This document shows positions 14,501 to 26,500 of a DNA stretch of 64,000 nucleotides, one piece after another. The position numbers were made by a program, and so were the translations under genes. The notes below the pieces were generated by a model. The model saw nothing but the letters and a program-made list of their open reading frames with translations. It had not been told where the DNA came from and searched no databases. Source of the stretch: Carcharhinus longimanus (Eukaryota); contig JASCQW010000132.1 in the NCBI GenBank assembly GCA_030264375.1, positions 57,981,819 to 58,045,818 on the forward strand. Reading direction: 5' to 3'. The first letter of the stretch is position 1. Every line of letters begins with the position of its first letter.

Positions 14501-17500
14501 ATGATTAAACTGCTTTATTTCACAACAGAGTGAAACATACAGAGTTGATGCGCTTTAACTTGGTTAAGTTTAAGTGACTTCAACTTATATTCACAAAATA
14601 ATTAGTAAAGAATAGCAAACTTATCCATATCTTACTAGATTTCAAAAGTAGGCCATCTAACTACCATCTGGTTTTTCTAACTGCCTGAGTGAAAGTTCTT
14701 ATAGTTTTTGTTTAAATAAAACTCATTGCTCTTACAAACTTTCGACTGTCTCTTTGTCTTGTTCGTGTCTCTCATTCTCTCCCCAATCTTCTGACACTTT
14801 AGATTAGAGGTATTACCTGTGTACCCAGACAAGTTAATGATTATTTCCTACTTGGGAAAAGTCTCTTCTAATTAGTATCTTCAACATTATCTGTTGAGAA
14901 GTTTAACTTGCAAAGTTACAAATGGTTTTTTAAAGCCCAGCATTAATAACAGTCAAAAAAATCTCAAATATGATAACAACAATCAGAAATACACTGAAGT
15001 ACCTACCAATCCAGCCCATAGTATGGTCATCATAATAAAAAATGTTCCATAGTAGACAGCAATGGATAGCTGGTTTAATTTGTACAGCGTTGATAGTGTT
15101 CTTATTTCACTCATGCCCATGAAGTACATCAGCACTGTCTGAAAAGCTCTCACAATGGTACTGAATGAATAGGATTCTGATAGGAATAGCAGGTTGCCGA
15201 GACAGGAGTAGGCCAGAATGACTATAATACCACACAGCTGTGGACAGGAAAAAATCCAAACGAGAGTAAGTTAATTCATGCATTTGTCAGGCTTAAAAAA
15301 ACAGAAGGAAAGGATGCATTCAAATTAATGGGCCTTTTTAAATTAATGCAGTTCAGCTAGATTTGTATCAATGAACATCAGAGTAAACAGATCTTAGTTT
15401 GGCTACTGCACAATATGGGTTTTGGCATTATATAATATCCGGAATGCCAACTAAATTCAACCTGTTTGAAGCGATGATTATGACGATAGACTAACGGTAA
15501 TCCAGGTAAAAACCAGCTAATAATATTGCTATGTTCCTTACATGTTTTTATACTTCCATGGGATATGGCCATTGCTAGCTAGGCCAGCATTTATTGTCCA
15601 TCCCTGATTGCCCCCGAGATGTGGTATTCAGCAGTTTTTTTGAACAGTTGCAGTAGATACACCCATATTGCTGTGAGGGAGGAACTAACAAGTGAATGTA
15701 ATAACATAGTTAGACAAATGGCTGGTGGACAGAAAATATAACAGAGGCAAATATGTATACAACACATAAGTATGGCGCTGTGCTCTCGTCTTTTCCATAA
15801 TGGTTTGGGCATAGGCACAAAAGAAATCAAAGTTTGTTGATAACACTGGGTTAATGGATATAACAAACCATGAAAAGCAATGTATAAAATTGCAGGACTT
15901 GGCCGGATCAAAAAATTTGGACGGACAGGTGACAAGGCAGAGAGCTGTTCTCTCTGTTCAGAAGTTCAAAAAAGCAAAAATGAATTTTATCCCAAAACGT
16001 TTAATAGCTTTGAGAAACAGATGCATGAATCTTTATAAAATGGGAAAACAGGACACAGGATTTTGTACATACAGCATTGAAACAAATGTTAAGAAACAGT
16101 GTCAATAGTTTGTTGAAGTTGGTTGCTTGCAAAGAAAGGATAATGGAGTCGCAGAAAAGGGAACAGCAAAGACTCATCAAAATGATACAAGTAATCAATT
16201 GTTATTGTTGCAAATAAATGCTCACAAAAGGACTTTTCACTGGAATTGGAATGCTTCTGAAGATATGGAGTGGGAGTTAATCATTGTTTTCAAAACTATG
16301 GAAGTATTGACACCGTGTGCATTTTAGTAAAATGGGACATTGATCATTATCACTGGAACAAAGGGGCAAATTTTTAAAAATAAAAATCACACAAAGGGTA
16401 GAGAATTTGTCTTGAGTGGTATCAGATCCATTGCCAATGAGGCACAATGCCTAAAGTGTAATTTGACTGAATGGACAGCACAGTGGCACAATGGTTAGCA
16501 CTGCTGCCTTACAGCACCAAGGACCTGGGTTCGATTCCAGCCTTGGGTGACTGTCTGTGTGGAGTTTGCACGTTCTCCTCGTGTCTGTATGGGTTTCCTC
16601 CGGGTGCTCTGGTTTCCTTCTACAGTCCAAAGATGTGCAGGGTAGGTGGATTGGCCATGCTAAACTGCCCTTTAGTAGCGGGGGATTAACAGGGTAAATA
16701 TGTGGGATTACAGTGATAGGGCTTGAGCGGGATTATTATCAGTGCAGGCTCAATAGACCAAATGGCCTCCATCTGTATTGTAGGGTTCCATGAATCTATG
16801 AATAGAATTGAATATCAGACAACTTGTATAATAGTTGATTGATGCCACCACCAAGATGAGTTTCTACCCCAAAGTGTCTTGTTCAGATTTTTTAAGTTAG
16901 GCAGATAAAAGAAGAATGAGAATTTGTTGCTGGGGCTTGACAGAAGAAATTTTAGAACCACTGGAATAACTAAAAGATCTGAGTGTACACTGTTTCTGTG
17001 CCACCAGACTGCTAGGTACAAGTTAATCACAGAGTAAGACATTTCCACCTTGCAAAGAACAGTAATTCCTTGCTTAACGTTAAGCTTCTGAAAAGTGCAA
17101 CTTTAAGTGAAACAACATTTCAACAAAATAATTACACCCTTTGTCTGGTTTCAGAGTGACTGGGCTCCATCTAGTGACTTCAGGTGGTCAGTGCAGAAGC
17201 AGCTGAAGAAGCTCCAGGACTTCAGTGCTTCTAGAGTGGGAACAAAAATAAGCAGCAAGAGAGCTGATGAAGAAATCCCTTATTTGCAACAATAACAATT
17301 GATCACTCGTATCATTTTGATGAGTCTTTGCTGTTCCCTTTTCTGTGACTCTATTATCCTTTCTTTGCAAGCAACCAACTTCAACAAACAATTGACACTG
17401 CTTAACATTTGTTTCAATGCTGTATTTACAAAATCCTGTGTCCTGTTTTCCCATTTTATAAAGATTTATGCATCTGTTTCTCAAAGCTATTAAGCGTTTT

Positions 17501-20500
17501 GGGATAAAATTCATTCTTGCTTCTTTTCTGAACTTTTTCACAGCTCTCTGCCTTGAGCTGCCTTTGTCACCTGTCCATCTAAATTTTTTGATCTGGCCAA
17601 GTCCTGCAATTTTATACATGGCTTTTCATGGTTTGTTACACCCGTTAACCCAGTGTTATCAACAAACTTTGATTTCTTTTGTGCCTATGTCCAAACCATT
17701 ATGGAAAAGGTGCGAGCACAGCACCATACCTATGTGTGTGGCAGTGGACACCGTGAACTTCAATGTCAAGAGTGAGAGGAAGCAACAGAAGACGTCCCCA
17801 GCCTTGGGTGCACTGACCCATTCGTGCAAGGAAAAATGGCAGTAAGTGCCATGTATGCATGTGGGGTTGCCAGCCCAATGAACAGGAAGTCTATGGCAAA
17901 CAATGTTATCATGAATATTGCATTGTTAAGCACCTACCTAGTCCCTATTTTAGAATGAATGTCAAAGCAAAACAACAATAACTGCGTCAATGTCAAGAGG
18001 GGACTTACTGCACAGCTAGTGTTCAGTACTAACCAAGTTAATTTTAGAATATTTACATAACAGACAGTTCACTGTAACTTGAATCAACCTTTTGCTAAGG
18101 AAAACTGCTTTACTTACCACTGGTATCAGACTAGAACAAGACAGTCGAAGCATTGTTAGACAAGGTGCCATCAACTTGTTTACACGTAGCAAACGAATGC
18201 TTTTCATTAACAGCAGAAACACAATCAAACCATGAAGGAAACGTTTCATCTGAGAGTGAAATAAACATGTTACTTTTTCAAAGTCGTCATATATTTGTGA
18301 CGCACAAGCCGAGATGTATACAACATTGATCTAATGAATGTCCATGGATCTGGAGTAGGGGGTGGGGTGAGAGGCATTTCCTCTGATCAAGAGCTGTCCT
18401 CACCCAACATGAGAATTCTCTGCTGATTCTCTTTGCTCTTAGATCTGACGAAGGGTTGTCTAGACTCGAAATGTTGGCTCTCCACAGACACTGTCAGACC
18501 TGCTGAAATTTTCCAGCACTTTCTGTTTTTGTTTCAGGCTCCAGCATCTGCAGTATTTTGCTTTTATGCCGAATTCAAGCAAGGGACAACGACTAACAGT
18601 CAGGAACAGAATGCTGGTTATACTTCCTGTTCAGGGATACCGAGAACAATTAAGATGAACTTGCTAGCACCATTGTAGAGATCAGTGAACTCAACACAGC
18701 GCAGGGAATAAATATTGCGGTTTATTGGTCAGTGCAGTTCAGGTACTCACTTCATTCACAGGTAAGAGTTGGCTAGTACATGTAATGCTATTACCCTCAA
18801 AGAGCAAGAATCCTATGCAGACTAAGCACTAGCTCCACAATATTCACTCATTTATACAATTGTGTGAAATCAGCATATTCAATGAGCCATGAGTCATTGT
18901 AAAATGAATTTTAAGCAATCCCATTTGAGGTAAAATACAAAACTTCTTTTTCTTCTGGTATGGTATTCATCAATCAAGAACTGTTCATACTGATGCCCAT
19001 TATCAATTATTCTCAGGTAGGGTACAACGTATAAATTTGATGTGATGCTCCCTTTAATCCACTCAATTTATCTTAAAAATTCAGTTTCTCATGTGATCCA
19101 TTCAGTGTCAATTATATGTTGTGGTCACAAAGATAGTATTGAGTGTGATCAAATACATTTCATGTGGGATTTGTACAGTGGCACAGTTGTTTATTTTGGA
19201 TGGATTCCAGCCTTGATCCCAAAAGTATTTTAACCCACTATTCTATTCTGTTTCCTGGTTCTTTTTTCCGTCCTGTTGCAGGCCCTGATGCAGTATCACG
19301 TCCTATTTATCATGCCGAACTGTACAGACTTGGAGCTAACTAATTTAATCCAGAATAACTGAGTTGCTGGAGACTCAAATTAGGTCTTCATTATTTTGGT
19401 TTTCTAACTATTCGAAAGATTACACTGTCATCTAATAATGTGATTACATATTTCTTTAAAAAATTCTTATTGCTGGTCTTTATACTGTACTGTAATCTTT
19501 CACATAACTTGCATACTTCACATCTACACCACATTCTTCGTAAAGACATGATATATGACGCGAACTTTGTAAACAAATACTTCAATCTTGCCAAAGTAAA
19601 ACATTGTGCTGCTGAAAATCTGAAAGAAAAACAGAAAATGCTCCAAGTGCAGAGACACAAAGCAAGCAGACAGAAACATTTAACATTTCAGATTGATGAA
19701 TATTCATCAGATCTGGAACAGTGACAGAGAAGAGGGAGGTTGAATGGGGTGGGGATGTGGGGGCGGTAGTGGGGGAGGTGGTGGAATCCATAGTGAAGGT
19801 CTATGATAGAGTGTCTTTCCGCCACATCACAGACATTCCCTTATTTCCCTGCCTCTGTAGTTGCTCAAAAACTGTTACAGCTTTAACCTCTTTCAGATCT
19901 GAAGAAAGTTCATCGACCTTTAACTCAGTTTCCCTCTCTGCAGATGATGTCTGACCTGCTGAGTGAACGTTTTCTATTTTCACTTCAGTCTTGCATCTAA
20001 TTTCCAACAGACAACAATGCACATTTTCAGTAGCGTATGTTAAAAAAGAGAATCAGATGCAGCTGTGCATGGTTCTCTGACCATTAATTTAAAATTACCT
20101 TGTGTATAAGGAAAGTCATGCTGGAGTGCTTTCATTGAACATCTTTGCACATAAAATGCAGGAGGGTTTTAGGCTTATTATCTATGCATGCGGCTCTGAA
20201 ACATAAGTTACCAAGCACCAACAGACATAAGCACTGACACAAAACACAACTCTCAGAGTTGCCTTTCCCACAGCAAATGCCGTCATGCTGTTTCCTGCTC
20301 CTCACCTGAATCCATGCAGAAATCAAGCTCATATCTACAAATGCTTTGAAATATCCACTGTGAAGTTGGTCAATAATGTCCAGAGCCAATACGAAGTGAA
20401 ACACGTAATATACATAATAAAAGAGACTGATCATGATAAGTCCGACCTAGAGAAGAACAGGACACACAGACAGTAAATGGTATGTCTCACACACAAATGT

Positions 20501-23500
20501 ATATTTTACATGAAATAGTTTTACTTATGTATTATATTTAAGTGCAATTACTGGCTCAGTGAAGTCTGCAGGAGACAAATAACCAGTACACATAATTCAA
20601 CCAATAAAACTAACAAGAAATCTGACTAAAATAAAAACTGAAAATGCAGGAAAAACTCAACAGGTCTGGCAGCATCTGTGCAAACAAAAAGAGTTAATGT
20701 TTTGAGTCCATATGATTCTTTTCAGAGCTGCTAAGCATTTTCTGCCCAGCCCTCACTCTTGAGAAGGTAATGGTGAGCCACTTTTTTAAACCAATATACA
20801 TAAGCACTGACACAAAACAACTCTCATAGTAATCCATCTGGTGCAAGTACACCCATAGTACTGTGAAGGAAGAGAGTTCCAGGATCTTAATTCAGCAAAG
20901 GAACAGCGATATAATTCAGGATGGTGTGTGACTAGGAAGGGATCTAACAAGTGGTGGTGTTCCCATGCATATGTTACCCTTATCCTCGGTGTAGAAATCT
21001 TGTTTTTGGAAAGTGATGTCAAAGGAGTCTCCGTGAGCTGCTGCAATACATCTTCTCGATGGTACACACTGCTGCTACTGTGCATCAATGGTAGAGGGAG
21101 TGACCATTTAAGTTGATGATGTGTTAATCAAGCAATCTACTCTGTCTTTGATGGCATTGGGCTTTTTGAGTATTGTTGGAGCTGCGTTCATCCAGGCAAG
21201 TGAAGAATATTTAATCATTTTTGCTTGCGCCTTATAGATGATGGATAAGCTTCAGGAGGTGAGTTACTCACCAGAGAATTCCCAGCATCTGAGCTGCTGT
21301 ATTTATTTTTCACAGTATTCATATGGCTGGTCTAGTTCAGTTTCTGGTCAATGGTTACCCCCAGGATGTTAACAGTAAGGGATTGAGTGTTGGCCATGCT
21401 ATTAAATGTCATGGGGAATGGTTAGATTCCCTCTTGTTGATAAGCACTGCCTGGCACATATCTAGTATGAATTTCCTCATGTTTTATGGAGAAATTGCTG
21501 ACAATCTTGTAGTGATATACTCTCTTACCAAATCTGAAAAAAAACTTGAGATTCTTAATTTGAATCTTTTAATGAGAATGACACATTCTGAGTCCCCCTT
21601 CTCAGTTCATACTAATAATAATTCATGCTGGCACTGTTCTTTTCCATAATTCTCCCTTCACCATCTGAAACTGCTATAGAAGTCCCTGATTTTGCAAACC
21701 TATCGTGAGCTAAGGAATTTCCATCCAAAGGTCATGGCAGAATGACAAATACAAAAAGAACTGATGAGAACACAGGAATCTGGCACTGATTTCCAATGTG
21801 AAGGTGTGATGGTTAGTTGCCCAGGCACAATTACAGTGATGATGGTTGGCACGGTGGTTAGCATTTCTGCGTAACAGTATTAGGGACCCAGGTTCAATTC
21901 CTGGTTTAGGTCAGTGTCTGCACGTTTTGCAAGGCAGAAGTTTCCATGTTCTCCCCATGTCTGCGTGGGTTTCCTCTGGGTGCTCCAGTTTCCTCTCGCT
22001 GTCCGAAGATGTCAGGGTTCGGTTGATTGGCCATTAGTGTCTAATGGCTAAATTGTCCCTTAGTGTCCTGGGATGTGTAGATTAGCAGGAACAGCGGGGT
22101 AAGAATGTGAAGTTATGAGAATAGGGCCTGGGTGGGATTGTTGTCAATGCAGACTCGTTGGGCCGAATGGCCTCCTTCTACTCTGTAGGGTTTCTATGAA
22201 ACTGCTAATCAACCAGACATTAATAGCTGTATTTTCACTGAGTCAGGGTAACTCAGAAGCTCTTTTAAAAATGGTAGACATGGCCCAATTCCAGGACTCA
22301 CAACCTCATTCCAAGGGCTTCCAATTTTCAACACTGCCTTTTAAGTGTACAGGCTTGTTTGGGTCACAAGCTTGCACTTTGCACTCCTAATCTGGCCTAC
22401 TCAAAGAGTTGTGGTTCACCTCAGATGTGTCCTAAACCATAGTCTGTGTGAGGGAACCTTTTGAAAGGCAAGTTTAAAAAGTCCTCCTCATTTCACCCAC
22501 CCCATAACAAAGTATGCGCCCCCCCCCCCCCGCCCAAACACTCCCGTGGCCCCTTATGTCAAGGTATGCTCTTCATATCAAGCCCCATGGCCCTTCATGT
22601 CCCCCATGGCAATACATGTCAGCCCAATAAAGGTGTAAATCGTCCAGATCTTAAAAGTATCAGTAGTTGAAACTGCACATACTTGAAACCTCTTATCTTG
22701 TGTAAATTGGTTTAGCTCAGTTGGCTGGATAGTTGGACTGTGATGTAGAGGAATACCAACAGCATGGGTTCAATTTCCATACCAGATAGATTATTCATTA
22801 AGACCCAACCTTCTCAACCTTGTTCCTTGCCTGAAGTGTGGTGATCCTCAGATTAAATTACCATTCAACTCTTCCCCTCAAAGGGGAGAACAGCCTGTGG
22901 TATCTGGGACTATGGTGATTTTAACTTTACCTTGTGTAAATAACTATTATTCATTTGGCAGCACAGATCAGAGATTCAGAGCTGTCAAACAAGCAAGATA
23001 TTTTTCCGGGTTTCAGGTGTTTCAACAGACTCATGGATTTCTGTGCTCGCAGCCAAGAATATACAATAATTCCACCCTGCAGCTGCCACTGATCTTTTTC
23101 CTGGGTTAGCTGGCCAGCCTGCACCTGAGCATGCACTTCCCACATCCCCACCCACCCCACTATGAAAATTCCATCACTTTCTCTTGAGGTGAGCAAGCCC
23201 TGCCTCCTGCTACCCATCTGAAGGGCCAAAATCCAGCCCCAAGTACTTACGATTAATTCCTTTGAGCTCTTTGCAAACATAAAGCACCATCATGAATTGT
23301 AAAATGGCATCAGAGCGCAATATGCATGAGATGCCACCATGATGAAAGTCACTGCTCCTCTTTGTATAGAACCATAGAATCCTACAGTGAAGAGAAGGCC
23401 ATTTGGCCCATCAAGTCTGCACTGACCATAATCCCACCCAGGCCCTATCCCCATAACCCCATGCATTCACCCTGGCTAGTCCCCCTGATACCAAGGGGCA

Positions 23501-26500
23501 ATTTATCATAGCCAATCCACCTAACTTGAACATCTTCAGACTATGGGAGGAAACCAGAGCACCTGGAGGAAACCCACGCAGACATGGGGAGTACATGCAA
23601 ACTACACACAGACAGTGATCCAAGTCAGGAATTTAACCCAGCTCCCTGGTGCTGTGAGGTAGCAGTGCTAACCATTGTGCCACCATGCCATCCCTATTTC
23701 AATTCCCACCCCAGACAATTATTTTCTGTGCTTGTTGGAATTGACTGTCCACATTCCCTATCTGTTTATACACAAAGGAAAATAAAAGCCTTAATTTAGT
23801 TAAAGCAAACCAATTTACTATAATAGTTTTCTGACCTCCAACCAGTTCCATGGCTCCTGCCAGTAACTCAGTACGCCTCTCTGAGTCATCTTGCACACCT
23901 GGAAGTACAGGTGAAGTAGAATAAGGGTCAGGAACAAAAGCTGCAAAGCACAATGACAATGGTATGAATGTAAAATGATCATGCATGCCTATTAAATGTA
24001 CAAACATTTAAGCTCACATGAAATTTGTGTGCCAATATTTTAAACTGTTTATATCATGCATCATGTTTGCAAAATTTCTATACCAGATGGAAAGCTGATT
24101 TCACTTCTTGAAAATGGCTGTAGTCAAACTCAAGACTAATTGGTTGGGAACTCACTTCAATATTGATGTGGGTTACACAGTGCAGAACTATATATAATTC
24201 TGGCATCAAAAAGTAAAAAGAAGCCTTAAGATTGGTTTATGCTAAAAATGAAAAAAACTTCAAAAAATAGATATAACATTACAAAACTGAAAAAGGACAC
24301 TTGTCAATTGTTCATAGAGTCATAGAATCCTACAGTGCAGTAGGAGGTCATTCAGCCCATCGAGTCTGCACCGACCACAATCCCACCCAGGCCCTATCCC
24401 CATAGTCCCACTCATTAGCCCCTCAACACACTAAGGATCAATTTAGCATGGCCAATCCACCTAACCCGCACATCTTTGGACCGTGGGAGGAAACTGGAGC
24501 ACCTGGAGGAAACCCACGCAGACACGGGGAAAACGTGCAAACTCCACACAGTGACCCAAGCTGGGAATTGAACCTGTGCCATCCCATATGTTCATATGAG
24601 TTACATGTCTATTTCATCTGACTGGAGTTTGACATCGCGAAAAAAATGTACTTATGTATTCTCCAGAGAACAGTGACCAATATTGTTAAACTTGCGACCT
24701 GAAATTCTCACCTCAAAAGCCATGATGAAATAATCCACAACTGAGTTCTTCTGGTAAATGCTGACCGACTCGATACGAGCTGATGAAAGAACACCTCCTA
24801 ATAGTGGAAACTCTGCCAGCAGAGATACTGTGGTGAAGAGGTTGGTGGGAGGATTGTAAAGGGTGAACTCTACCATCACTGCTCTCGTGTACTGATCAAT
24901 CCACTCAGTTTCCTTCAGTGTTAACAATGTTGAGTAAGTCTCATGCCTAAAATTTTGAAGGAGTAGTGTGAATAGTGGAATACCTGTTACTTCATTCTGC
25001 ACTATTTGAAAAATTAAATGGCAAGGTTCATAGAATCCATAGAATATCTACATTACAGCAGGTGGCCATTCAGTTCAGTTTGCACTGGTCAGAATTCTTC
25101 CCAGCCCCACGTATTTACCCTAGCTAGACACCCTGACCCTTGGGGGCAATTTAGCATGACCAATCAACCTAACCTGCACATATTTGGACTGTGGGAGGAA
25201 ACCTATGCAGACATGGGGAGAATGTGCAAACTCAACACAGACAGTGACCAAAGCCAGGAATTGAACCTGGGCCCCTGGCGCTGTGGGGCAGCAGTGCTAA
25301 CCACTGTACCACCGTGCCACCCCTCTTAGATTTCAATGAAATTGCTACCATTAAAATGATCCTTCATGTAAAAAAAGTATAATTTTCAATTGCATTATCC
25401 AGTCAACAGTGAATGACAATACTTCTGCAACATTGCAGAAACTTGATATCTTTTAATGTACTAACAACAATTAATAATGGATCACTTTCATAGTTTAATC
25501 TCTCTTTTGAAAACACAGAAAAAAATGGCCCTCAATGGTACTGGCCACATTTGCTTCAGCTGTGTTGATTGTTCCACTTTTCTTCTCTACCCTTACATAT
25601 ACACTCACAACATAGTTCGGGAAGACTGGAGAAAATAGTCAAGACATTATAAGAAGTAAGTAATCTTTCCTTTAGCTGTAATCTGCCAAGACAAGGATTA
25701 TGTCCTTGTCTTGGCAAGGACAATATTTTACTGATAATTAGGGAAATATTTTACTGATTCTGTGACAAAAATTAACATAGAACATAGAAACCTTATGTGC
25801 AGAAAGAGGCCATTTGGCCCATTGAATCTGCACTGACCACAATCCCACATTCCTACATATTTACCCACTAATCCCTCTAACCTACACATCTCAGGACACT
25901 AAGGTGCAATTTTAGCATGGCCAATCAACCTAACCCACACATCTTTGGACTGTGCGAGGAAACCAGAGCACTCGGAGGAAACCCAAACAGACACGAGGAG
26001 AATGTGCAAACTCCACACAGACACAAAAATTGGATTATCTTTCACAATTCTCAAATTGTATGTCAGAGGTAAACCAGTTCATGTTTATTCAAAGTCTAGA
26101 TCCACTCTAGACCATTCTCCACAATGCCACCAAAGACACAAATAGCAAACAGCATTATAGCCTAAGCTCCACATCAAGCATGACAGTAAATGACAAATTA
26201 TTTTCTTGGTGTCAAGCAGAGATAGTAAACAGTGAAAATATATCTCTAGTTCAGATGTTGACAGTTAACAATAACATGCAAATGTCTGAATCTCACCATG
26301 CTGGAGTGTGGCATGAAGAATGACAGTATTTAATTTTTTACCATCAGGCAATCCCTGCCTTCTACTGAGAGAAAGCAGTGACACAAAACAGAGGATACAA
26401 AAATATTCCAGTAATTGGCTATAAATCAAGAGGTGGAAGGGAGAGGGAACTTAATTAAATTTCAATCGCTAGGGAAACATTAATGAACAAATTGATGGAG

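Noticed and set aside
17188-17845. Overlapping 143-aa and 125-aa ORFs in the inverted-repeat arm
   Set aside because: No recognisable motif; the other arm has indels and a stop in the equivalent frames.
22708-22780. tRNA-like A and B boxes, here and in the HE1 heads
   Set aside because: SINE promoters; no cloverleaf or acceptor stem, and flanked by a TSD.
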